The notes: generated by a model not told the origin, from the letters alone. Numbered from the stretch's first letter, positions 52,302 through 63,043 are shown. The stretch: DNA of 64,000 bases from Marsupella aquatica (GCA_973895155.1 OZ316895.1:11909829-11973828); one strand, 5' to 3'. A program made the numbers and translations.

Positions 52302-55300
52302 ATGTCGACTAAAGGGCTTGACTCAGCGAAGGTTACCTTCACTGAAGACGAGAAGCTCTCTGGACGTTCGACCTATCCAGTATGGGCATTCAAGGTGGAA
52401 CAAGTGCTCAGACAGAAGAAGCTATGGGACATTATCGAGCCCACAGCATCCAGTGGAGCATCATCAGCCGATCAGAGCTCCACCAACGTCATTGTTGCAG
52501 CACAGCCGCAAGCAGCTACGTCATTCAGCACGCCAACAACGCAAGTCATTTCTCCCGATCTCCAAGAAAAATATGACCGGGTAATGATTATCCTTATCGC
52601 TACCTCCAGTAATTCTATGATACCTTTGTTCAAGAAACTGCGTAGCAATCCCGCAAATCTGTGGGTCACATTGAAGGATAAGTTTGAGGCCTCTACTCTG
52701 CAGAGGAAATTAGATCTTAGAACCGATCTCTGGCTCTTGAAATATAGAGACGGAGAATCCATCGAGGATTACTTTAAAAAGATAGAAAAGGTGATAATGA
52801 ATCTTGGCAGCATCGGAGAGGAAATCTCAGATAAGGAACTTATACAAATAGTCATTCAAAATATGCCATCTAGCTGGTCCGAATACCTGTCATCTTACTC
52901 ATTGTTGATTGAAGAAGACCCTCACGCAACGTTTGCTAAGTTTGAAGAGAAGCTCCAATCTGAGTACAAGCGAAGGCAGTACAAATCTCGGTTTGAGGAA
53001 TACTCTCTCATCGCTGCCTCAAACTACAGGCAACCTGACCTGGCCAGAGGACGGGGCAGAGGTCGAAGCCGAGGTGGCTACCAGGGACGCGGCTCAGATC
53101 GACGTGACTTCAACTGCACCTACTGCAACCGACGTGGACACAACGAATCTCAATGCTACATCAAGAATGCTGAATCAGAAATCAAATCAATGTCACTCGG
53201 TCAGCTGAGAGACCTCCAACTACGAATCAGAGACATCAAGGACATCAAAGCTCCAGACTCAAGGTCCTATCTGATAGAGGGCGAAGGCTACGAAAGCGAG
53301 CGCCCTCCACCAAGTGAGGCTAGCTCATCAGCCCTCACTATCGAGGCCCTTCTGTCAAAATATGAATCTCAGGATCAGGGTGATCCTTGGATACTGGACT
53401 CCGGAGCCTCCTCCCATATTAGCAATGATAGGGAGAAGTTCTCCGAGATCAGTAATCAGTCTTCTGTTAGCAACGTTCTAACTGCCAACGGCATGAAAAT
53501 GCCTATTGCTGGAGCAGGATGTATCAAGCTGGCCGGAAATAAAACAATTTCTGATGTTTTGTACGTTCCCAGTGTCACTCGCAACTTGTTGTCCGTAGGA
53601 AAACTGATAGATCAAGGTCACACAGTGTTGTTCAACTCAACAAACTGCTATATCTTCGATAGTAAGAACCCTGCCAGGGTACACCTGAGAGGAACCCGTA
53701 ATCCAAAGAATCAGCTGTATCAACTTTCCCCCGCAAGCACACTTTCGTCAGATCATGTATATTCTAGAAGACTCATTCCTCACTCCTCCTTAGTTGTATC
53801 TTGTAATGTGACTGAACCACCGGAGCTATCTCAACACCAGCTATGGCATAGACGTCTTGGTCACGCAAGCCACTAGAGACTGAACTTCATGACCAGAAAC
53901 AGTCTCATCACCGGAGCACCGATTCTTCCCAATACAACAGAGATATGCGAGACCTGCACGAAAGGGAAGCAGACACGAAGCAGAATACCTAAGGCGGCCT
54001 CTACTCGTTCATCTCGAGTTCTTCAGCTCATTCACACCGATCTATGTGGTCCTCTTCCGATTCCATCACTTACCGGTGCCAGGTATATCATGACACTAAC
54101 TGACGACTTCTCTCGTTACTCATGGGTCTACTTCTTGAAACACAAAAGCGAAGCTTTTGAGTTTTTCAAATCATTCAAGCAAAAAGTTGAAAACTCATCA
54201 CTTCAAAAAATTGCATGTCTCCGAAGTGACAGAGGAGGCGAGTTCTTATTAGGCCAGTTTGTCAGCTACTGCCGAACTCACGGAATCAATCGGCAGTTGA
54301 CTACTGCACATACTCCTCATCAAAATGGGGTTGCAGAATGCAAAAATCGTACTTTGCTCGATATAGTTCGAAGACTTACACTAGGCGGAAACTTTCCAGC
54401 CATTTTTTGGGAAGAAATGGTCAAGACTGCCAACTACATCAACAACAGATGTAGTACTCGTGCACTAAACTCCATTACTCCTTTTGAGGGTCTTACAAAT
54501 ACGAAGCCTGATGTGAGTCATCTCCGTATTATTGGCAGTCGGGCATATGTTCATGTCCCAAAAGAACTTCGTGATAAGCTTAGTGCTAAATCTATAGCTA
54601 CTGTATTAATTGGTTACGATGAGCAAAGCAAGGCCTATAACAAGAAGCCTTAAAGGATGGGTCCAAGGCCTTAATTCTCTTTTTCAAAATTTTCTGATTT
54701 TCCAAAATGTCATAAAAAAACAACACAAAAAATCATCATATATTGAATATTTCCTGACCTTGGATTTTCACACCATAATTAACACAATGCTTTAGACACA
54801 AGTTTTTTCATAATTAATATTTCCAATTTAACTCCTCAATATAAGTCTCAACATTGGAGTTTGGGCTCAAAGATCACCAACAAATTAAATGTTACAAGAA
54901 AATATCCTCTTTATGAACAAAGTCACTAACAACATCAGAGATCATAAGTCTTCACCCATCACAAATCAACACTCAATTGCCCTTGGCAACCTATGTTTAA
55001 TCGCTAATTGCCCATGGTACGGTCCTATACCCTTTACGGGTTACATGTTGTCATTTTGTCCATCGCAGCTGGTCACAACTCGCCCATTGCAATGTGCCTA
55101 TCATAGCTCACTCCTGAGCTCACTCATCTTCCATCATGGATTGTTGTTACCCAACTTTGCCCTTTGCCTTTTAAAAACCTAAGCTTAGTGTATTCATGAA
55201 GCTTGTGCATCCAAAAGCTTCATGAATTCATGAACCCTGTTTTCAAGATTCTTTAATCTTGATCCAAGATTCTTTGTCATGAATTCATGAAGGGAATCTG

Positions 55301-58300
55301 GCATCAAGTTTGGGAATCTTAAAAAGAGAGAAAAATTGCATACAAACATAAAGAAAATAATTAAAAGAAAGGTTACTCAAGACAAAGAAAATGACAAAAA
55401 ATGAACAAAAAATGATTCAATTAAGACAAAAAGAGTTATGTATGAAGAATTTGACAAGGAACACAAACTCAAGTAAAGACAAAGAGAGTAATGAATGATT
55501 ACTTTGGAATAAAGTACAAAAAAACATCAACTCCAATAAAGACAAAGAGTATTATAAATGCTAGGAAAACTTTGGTATTTTACTATGCAAAGTTCTAATT
55601 AAAAATTAAGAATGAAGTTTCTTTCTAAGTGAATGCAAATAAGTATTCCAATCCACTAAAACTTATGTGAACATTAGAGATTTGGGAATGAGAGAGTTGG
55701 AGTAACTATTGCTACTTAAATTTGTTGAGATTCAAAAATATTAAAATGACTAACTCATGAATTCATGAATCATTTCTAAGGGAGGGTTACACTTTGAAAA
55801 TAATAATATTGTAATTGGTTTGTGTGAGATAGATAAAGACAAACAATTCATTACAAGAGTCATTTGAAATTTCTAGTATATATTTGAAAGTGTTTTAGAT
55901 ATTTCTGATTCCAATCAACTTTAAGATGGTATTTTAAGGATAAACTAGACAAATGATCACTTGAACATGTGCAAGTGCAAATTGTTAAGATTGAAAATAG
56001 ATCATACGAAGATTAAAAATTTATTATGGTCCATTTTATGTTTTGAATGGCTCAAAATGATAACATATTTTGGGCATTTTTCCATCCATGAAGATTTTTC
56101 AAAGAAAGGGATAGTTTTTAGGTTCATTTTTGGGCATTTTTGAGCTTTTTGCGCTTTTGGAGCAAAAGTTCTTTTAGTTTGGGCTTATTACCCATCCTTT
56201 TTGGCTCCTTGTTCTATAGGTGCTTTGACCCGGTAACCAAACGCATCCTCATTACTAGAGATGTAGTAATAGATGAATCTATTCTCGGCGACTTCACTAC
56301 CACTCCTGTGACTCCTATCACAAATATACTGGACATCTTTCCTCTAGAAGATCCTGCATCGGAACAGATCGACAACCTACTCTCCGATCATCATCTTGAA
56401 GATGAAATTTTTCCACAGCAATCACCAAATACCATAGCACAGCCAGCTGACTACCTTGCATTGCCACCATCTCACTCCGTGGATACAATTCTTGAGAATG
56501 ATTTACTCGGCCCTGGTATCCCAGTCGACTCCACCTCCAGTCAGCAGCCACTACAAACTACTTCAACTGCACCATCTTCTAGGCGTATTCGTCAAGGCCG
56601 GCCAATCGAACCAACTCGCCACTCCACGCGTCTCAGGTCTCACCCTTATAAACATGCTCAGTTTTATAGTCACTTTGTGTCCACAGAGGCTGACTGTGAA
56701 CTGGCACTTCTGTCAGGGTCTGATATGGACCTCCGACTTGACAACGCCCTTGCTGATCCAAGATGGTTTGAAGCTATGGCCTCTGAAATCGACTCCCACT
56801 ATCGCAACAAGACATGGGAACTCGTTCTCCTTCCGGCTGGCAAGAAGGCACTATCTGCCAAATGGGTCTTACGTGAGAAAACAGATCATTTGGGCAATAT
56901 TAAATTCAAGGCTCGTGTAGTCGCTAGAGGCAATGAGCAGGTTGAAGGACTGGACTACGATGAAACCTTTGCCCCAGTTGTACGCTGGTCGACAGTAAGG
57001 CTCATTGTGGCTATTGCTGCTGCTTTTGGCTGGGAAATAACGCACATGGACGTCGTCACCGCATTTCTGAACGGCACTCTCAAGGAAACTATATACATGC
57101 ATCAGCCACCAGGTTTTCTCTCACCTGGCCAGGAGCAACTAGTTTGTCGACTTCGACGCTCCATCTACGGACTCAAGCAGAGTCCTCGAGCCTGGTATGA
57201 GGAAATAGACTCCTTTCTTCGTTCCGTTGGCTACAAACGCAACACTCTTGATCCCAATCTTTACATCTCTCAGCACAACGGTCAGGTTGCTTTCATTCTT
57301 CTATTCGTGGATGATCTTTTACTCACCGGTAGCAGCAACGACCTTATCTCAACCATTAAAAATCATCTTCTGACCAAGTATGAAATGAAGGATCTTGGTC
57401 CCATCAAGCGCTACTTGGGTGTCGACTTTCTTTGCACTTCTACATGCACTCTCCTCCATCAATCAGCTTACACACACAATTTGGTTTCTGAATACGGCAT
57501 GGCCACTTGCCGTCCTACCTTCACTCCTCTTCCAGAGAATTATACTCTTTCGGCTGAAACTGGCTCACCCGACGTTGATTCTACATCATACTCCCAACTG
57601 GTTGGCAAGCTCATTTATTTGACGCACACCCGACCTGACATATCTTTCTTTGTTGGCTTAATCAGTCGTTTCATGGCTCATCCCCAACAGACTCATCTGG
57701 ACTCAGCTCTCCACATCGTCCGATATCTCCGCACCACTTGCAATCTAGGTATCTTCTTTCCTCAACAAGCATCTCTGCAACTAGAAGGCTACACAGACTC
57801 CGACTGGGGAAACTCTTGTCCAGACACGAGGCGCTCAACTGGTGGCTACCTATTTACTCTTTTTGGCGGCCCTATCACCTGGAGCTCTAAACGCCAGCCT
57901 ACTGTCTCTCGCTCATCCACAGAAGCCGAATACAAAGCTCTCTCGGATTGCGCTCAAGAGGGGGTGTATTTGAAGCGGCTGATCGAGGAACTCCATACAG
58001 AATCAATTCCCGCAGCACAACTGCTCTGCTCAAATCCAGAAATTCACAACAACATAGCAAGGGCGTCAACTCCTACTCTGCAAGATTTGCATATTCATTG
58101 TGACAACATCAGTGCACAGAAGCTTGTGAAAAATCCAGTTTTTCACGCACAGACTAAACACCTAGAGATACATCATCATTTCGTAAGAGAAAGAGTCCTT
58201 GACGGAGAAATCTCTGTGCATCACATTTCATTCGAAGATCAATCCGCAGATATTCTCACGAAGGTACTATCGAGAACCAAGTTTGAATTCCATCGATACT

Positions 58301-58377
58301 CAATAGGCATGAGATCAGTATCTCAAATCGAGTCATCTTGCTCAAAGTCATTCATTAAGCCATTAGACCCATCCTGA
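52302..58377 (+). pseudogene. Copia gag-pol polyprotein, interrupted by a TAG at 53874-53876 and an insertion at 54639-56213
   Basis: Gag zinc knuckle CTYCNRRGHNESQC; protease WILDSGAS; integrase WHRRLGH/CETC, HTDLCGP, RSDRGGEF, NGVAE; RT KARVVARG, MDVVTAFL, YGLKQ, FVDD; RNase H YTDSDW, EAEY, CDN, ADILTK. Removing the insert and one TSD copy restores SKAYRCFDP. Confidence 0.95.
54639..56213. mobile_element. Nested non-autonomous TIR DNA transposon (1575 bp), 4-bp TSD CTAT
   Basis: TIR AACAAGAAGCCTTAAAGGATGGGT vs reverse complement AACAAGGAGCCAAAAAGGATGGGT (21/24). CTAT occurs at 54635-54638 and 56214-56217. The interior is AT-rich. Confidence 0.88.
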
Positions 58378-58416
58378 AATCTCAGGAATCGCTTTTACAT
58401 GCCAAACTGACACTAG

Positions 58417-58872
58417 CTATCTAGATCTAGGACCCTCTCGGGTAATATACAACGCTGCATCTTTACGAGTCTTAAATGACTTGTGTCTATTTCCCGGAAA
58501 TCCTGTCACAAGAGGCTCTACTTCCTTCCAAGAGGTGAAGATACCTATCCGACGACCTCTTGCAACTGCATAATACTTCCGAGGAGGATCTTCAAAAGCA
58601 AACGAACTTGAGACCTCAGGGATCGGCACTTCTGTAACGTTCTGCTTCACTACAGGAACGATTTCTCCATCTGAACGAGGACCTGCAGCCAACACAACCG
58701 ACGGCGCTACATCCGATTGAATATTGACTCTATCATCTCTGTCCACTTCGTGTTCCTCGGTGCGCCCTACCAGCAACTCGTGCAAGTATCGAACCAAGGA
58801 AGAAATCAATCCCATTATGGCAAGAAGGAGATAAATGAGTGACTCTCGCAGAGTTGGTACAGTCTGAGCCAT
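58417..58872 (-). CDS. Antisense accessory ORF of the copia element: hydrophobic N-terminal helix plus RNase H1 N-terminal hybrid-binding (caulimovirus viroplasmin-like) domain, 151 aa
   Basis: ATG-initiated intact ORF. Residues ~99-143, KYYAVARGRRIGIFTSWKEVEPLVTGFPGNRHKSFKTRKDAALYI, fit the YAV..GR..GIF..W.E....V.G.PG..HK.F.T..EA consensus. Confidence 0.85.
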   Translation of the reverse strand: MAQTVPTLRESLIYLLLAIMGLISSLVRYLHELLVGRTEEHEVDRDDRVNIQSDVAPSVVLAAGPRSDGEIVPVVKQNVTEVPIPEVSSSFAFEDPPRKYYAVARGRRIGIFTSWKEVEPLVTGFPGNRHKSFKTRKDAALYITREGPRSR

Positions 58873-59003
58873 TTGGGTGGCTCTTAGAACGCAGCTTCTA
58901 AGCTTCTCAACCTCATCGGTATGAGACTGTATTGATAGCTCAGAAAACTAAATAGCTGTATAGTAGTCAGATAGGATTCCCTGTCTTCTTTCAAGCAGAT
59001 ACA

Positions 59004-59017
59004 AGGTTGAGAGGAGG
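59004..59017 (+). other. Polypurine tract
   Basis: AGGTTGAGAGGAGG lies immediately before the 3' LTR. Confidence 0.88.
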
Positions 59018-59302
59018 TGTTGGAATATCTCATGTCCAGCTCCGATCGTTGCTGGCTCTGACGTCTTGCACCCTTGTATCACGCTGGCACCTTTGCGTTA
59101 ATCTAGGAGTAGATCAGTGTACATTAATTAGCAAAAGCACTTAGCAGCTGTAATTCTGCGTCCCTTGCGTTTACTTATTGTGTGACTCTAAGCGAGTCAC
59201 GTAATCCTCTTATCCCGGCTCCACGGGTGATTCATTTTGTACTTAACGCCTCTCAACTGAGGCAGTAATCAGAGTTTTCAATATTACTTTGAACTTTCTT
59301 CA
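59018..59302 (+). repeat. 3' LTR
   Basis: Direct repeat of 51961-52245, followed by the TSD CTGTG. Confidence 0.97.
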
Positions 59303-59518
59303 CTGTGCTACTGATGTTAATGCTTGTCAAGAAATGACAATGCCACATCAACTAGCAGTTTGGGTTGAAGAGTCCATTTATCTAGTAGAATCCATTGAAT
59401 TGGTACCTACATCCATACCAGTAGGAATTGCACGGCGGTCCATCAATTGATCTCCAAATCTTCGACATCCCATAAATTTGCAGGGTCGAGCAAAGTGGTA
59501 CAGCTCAATCATGATCCT

Positions 59519-60325
59519 TTAGTCTACTAAGATGCAGCGACAGGGGCACCCTTCAGCCACCAAAAGCCTCAGGGGCAGACAGTAGAGGTTCGACAAGCCA
59601 ACTTGCACATTATCAAGCTTGAGGCCTTCCACAAGAATCAGCTTTTTCCAGAGAAGAACGCGATGGCCATCTCTCAAATCGTCAAACCTTGCCACTGAAA
59701 GATAGTCAGTCCCAATCAACTTCACCTCAGGTCTCTGATACACCAGCCATTCTGCGCCATCTGTGCTCAGGCCATTATAGCTGCTATCAAATTTAGGGTT
59801 CCACATCAATCCCTTGTCCGTGTTTGAGGTCCGGAACAACACCCTCTCCACCCCTCGCGGGATGTTGAGCTTCTCCAGGACCTCTGCTGTGATGTTGCTG
59901 TCCCTCGGAGTGTCCACAATCAGCACGGGACCGACGAGAATGTCCAGATCTAAACTGCTCACGTCCAACCCGGCCTTATAATGTTCGCTCACGAAGTGGC
60001 CCGGGGCATCCAAATGAGTGCCAGTGTGGACGATCATCTTCAGCTCCGAGAGGTTAAAATCGAATCCATCATCCATGCTGACGACCAATTTCACAGTCTC
60101 ACCGAGTGGATGCTCATACCCGAATGTCGGTAGGTCTGGCCGCATCTCATGAGTGAGGTCGATGATCTTCTTCTTCGTCTGCTGTTCTCCACCAAGTTTC
60201 AACGTACATGACCCCTGGTCGGCATTAGGGTACGCGTCCACAAATTGGTGTGCGTAGCTCGACCTCACAGCTCCAAGAAGGAGCAACAACAAGCATGTCC
60301 CGAAAGCATGTTGAATCCTCGTCAT
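59519..60325 (-). CDS. Cyclase-like / kynurenine formamidase (KynB) family metal-dependent hydrolase, secreted, intronless
   Basis: Signal peptide; IIDLTH; HTGTHLDAPGH (HxGTHxDxPxH); LIGTDYLS; H..LL...LVEGL; LPL....EG.P.RCIL. The first ATG is at 60325, whereas the ORF track starts at a GTG. Confidence 0.92.
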   Translation of the reverse strand: MTRIQHAFGTCLLLLLLGAVRSSYAHQFVDAYPNADQGSCTLKLGGEQQTKKKIIDLTHEMRPDLPTFGYEHPLGETVKLVVSMDDGFDFNLSELKMIVHTGTHLDAPGHFVSEHYKAGLDVSSLDLDILVGPVLIVDTPRDSNITAEVLEKLNIPRGVERVLFRTSNTDKGLMWNPKFDSSYNGLSTDGAEWLVYQRPEVKLIGTDYLSVARFDDLRDGHRVLLWKKLILVEGLKLDNVQVGLSNLYCLPLRLLVAEGCPCRCILVD

Positions 60326-61410
60326 GTCCACGAAAAACGCTTCTCGTGTGCGAACTATTCAGTCTGCAACTCCCTCCTCTCAAATTGGCAAGACATTTGC
60401 TATCTCGTCGTGCCTATGCACTTCCTTCTTCCCTGCCTTTAGCTGAAGCTACCATTCCATGCCCGATTACTTCCGAAGAAAAGCAATTCCTGCTCCAAAG
60501 ATGATCGTCTACTGATGTTGGGTGGATCGTCTTTCGGTTTCAAGGTAACAAAGAAGAAGCAATTCGATTGTACGGATGCACTCATTCAGCTCACGACAAG
60601 CAGGGGCGCATGCTCCGAGGTTGATCGTCCATCCTGTGTGTTGGATGGATCCGCTTTCTGCGTTATTAAAGTAAAAAATTCACGAGAAGCAATCCCTTTG
60701 CTGTAGACCTCATTCTACTCAATCGTAGCGTCAGTGATTCGCCTCGAGCACCGAATCGTACTGAAGATTTTTCTTTTGGTTCGTACTGAAGAGTGATCTT
60801 TCGATTTGAAGGAGAACGATACTCATGTGAATCCTCCTCACGCTCAAGTAATGGGCTTATCCTGAGCATTACCCCTGGGGCGGTTCTAAAAAGCAATTCG
60901 CTGTGGAAGCATGAATAGAGCGATGGTCTTTCAGTTACCTCCGTCTTGTTTTCATTCTGTCTCCTGAGTAAATCCAACAAATTGAAAACTTTAATTTGTC
61001 GAAGGACTATGATGTAAATCACCGTATCAGAAAAATCACCATTGCAAAGTGCTGCAAACACGACCATATATGTCTGTGCCACTCGGAAACACGTCGGATC
61101 ATGTCCAGCAGAGTACAGTAGAGTATCAAACATTTGTGCCCATCTGTGCTTCCACTTCCACCACGGTCACACCTCTGGTTTGGTGAAGTGGTACTGTGCT
61201 TACCTGTCCAGTGCAAAGACATTTCCTTCTATAGGTCACGGGAATCAAATTGAATGCTGTCCGTTGTGCAGACGGTCGTTGCCGGTAGCCGGTCAGTGCA
61301 GGTTAGCTGCGCATAGATTTCAGTTAAATATGTCAAACGCGCCACTCTTAACATCCAGCAGGCCATGTCCTGGTGGTAAATGGGTGAGAGTGTGGCAAGA
61401 GATGGTGCAG

Positions 61411-61515
61411 GTTGAATCTAGCCTGCCTTGTTTTCCCTTTTAACACAGATCCCCCCAAAAGTGTTGAATCTAGCCTGCCTTGTTTTCCCTTTTAACACAG
61501 ATCCCCCCAAAAGTG
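61411..61515. repeat. Tandem duplication, ~52-bp unit x2
   Basis: GTTGAATCTAGCCTGCCTTGTTTTCCCTTTTAACACAGATCCCCCCAAAAGT occurs twice. Confidence 0.9.
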
Positions 61516-61757
61516 GGGTACAGAGTTCTCTAGTGACATTAGTATGTTTTTTAATTTCACCCAAGAGTTAACACACATCCTTCCTCAAAAGTGGGGTTCA
61601 CTAGCACCTAGTGACACTTAGAATTTTTTCATTCAAGGAGAGAAATAGGCTGTAGTAGTTTCAGGTCAATGTTAATTTAACTACAAGACAACATTAATTG
61701 TGAAACACGTGACTCGTAGCAGTGAGTGCAAAGACTCCCCCGCCTAAAGAGTTACTG

Positions 61758-62318
61758 CCCGGTTTGACCTTGCCCGTCAAACTGACGGAAAGTCACCGGC
61801 AAATCGGCAACCCGGCACCCGGGTTCGGGAACAGTCCGGGCCGGGATATGTTCAGGAGACGATCGGGCCGGGTCCGGGCCGGGTTCAGGCAAGGTTCGGT
61901 GGCATTTGGGCGAGGTTCAGGGGGGGGGGAGTCCGGGGGGTTTGGGGGTCTGGGAGGTTCGGGTTCGGGTTCGGGGACCGGGTTCTGGGGAGCCGATCCG
62001 GGGGGGAGGCGGTCCGGGTTTGGGTTCAGCGGTCCGGGATTTAGGGTTTAGGGTTTAGGGTTCCCCTTTCCCCGGCCCCCGACCGGCTGCCACCCCAAAC
62101 CGGGGTCCGGGGGAGTCCGGGAATGGTCCGGGATGGGTCCAGGGGAGTCCGAGAAGAGTTCAGGAATGGTCCGGGTGAGTCCAGGAAGGGTCGGGGGGAG
62201 TCCGGGTGAGTTCGGGAGAATATTACCGAATATCGGTCAAATTGGTCGTTTTCGGGTTTTCATTTGACGGTTTGATGTGCTCGGCAAGCCGTCAACTTGC
62301 TCGTCAGGTTAAACAGGG
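61758..62318. mobile_element. GC-rich non-autonomous TIR element (561 bp), 8-bp TSD, hAT-like
   Basis: Perfect TSD AGTTACTG (61750-61757, 62319-62326). TIR CCCGGTTTGACCT vs reverse complement CCCTGTTTAACCT. Many TCCGGG/TTCGGG motifs and an internal (TTTAGGG)3. Confidence 0.85.
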
Positions 62319-63043
62319 AGTTACTGGCTGACCATCATCATTGCTCTGCCGCAAACCAGTTAAATCAACATAAGAAAACTCTGCAAACATGACAATATAT
62401 GTCTGTAGCCCTCAGAAACACGTCAAGTCGTGTCTGCACTGATCACCCAAAACCACGGTCACACCTCTGGTGAGGTGGTACCGTGGTTACCGGTCCAGTG
62501 CAAGACCCCGCCTAAAGAGTCACTGCCCGACCATCATCTTCGCCCTTGCCGCAAACCAGTGAAATCAGCATACTACGCACTGTAAACACGCCAGGGTTGT
62601 CTGTGTTCCTCGGAATCACGCCGTGTCGTGTCTGCACCACTCCCCCCTTCCCTCCCGACTTCGCCCTCTGCGATGCAATACTATCGATCAAACTCTCTTC
62701 TCTGTCTTTCGATCGATCGAGAAGTGTACTGTAGAAGTGTAGATGTGTAGAAGTGTGCATTTGCCACTCCGCAGATCTGCGAGTCTTGCTGACGAAGGAA
62801 CGTGCGAATTCTCAGATCTATCATTCATTCCGTCATTCGTGTGTGAACCTGCCAAACCTGCTGCGTGCGATCGATCGAGAGCGCTGCATTCTGTGGGTGT
62901 CGGAGTCGGAAATGTGAGTGAGAGACCTCACTGTAGATGATCCTTTTCAGCAGAGGCGCCTATGACTTTGCGGACGGACAGAGAAATCTTTTGTTAGGGA
63001 GAGCCCGAGCGAAGTGAGGGAATAGCAGAAGGGAGTGGTGGAA

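Larger units (their letters stand above)
51961..59302 (+). mobile_element. Full-length Ty1/copia LTR retrotransposon (disabled)
   Basis: TG..CA LTRs of 285 bp; 5-bp TSD CTGTG (51956-51960, 59303-59307); PBS; PPT; domain order gag-PR-INT-RT-RH. Confidence 0.97.

Noticed and set aside
53874-53876. Programmed stop-codon read-through in gag-pol
   Set aside because: The TAG falls inside the integrase zinc-binding region rather than at the gag/pol boundary, and a CAG>TAG mutation explains it.
56140-56213. N-terminus MSFLRFW... of the 745-aa ORF as a real start
   Set aside because: It derives from the right end of the nested transposon. True pol resumes at YRCFDP.
61722-62051. Gly-rich 109-aa ORF
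   Set aside because: It lies in the G-rich MITE, has a non-ATG start and is compositional only.
62040-62062. Telomere or chromosome-fusion scar
   Set aside because: Only three units are present, embedded in a TSD-bounded element.
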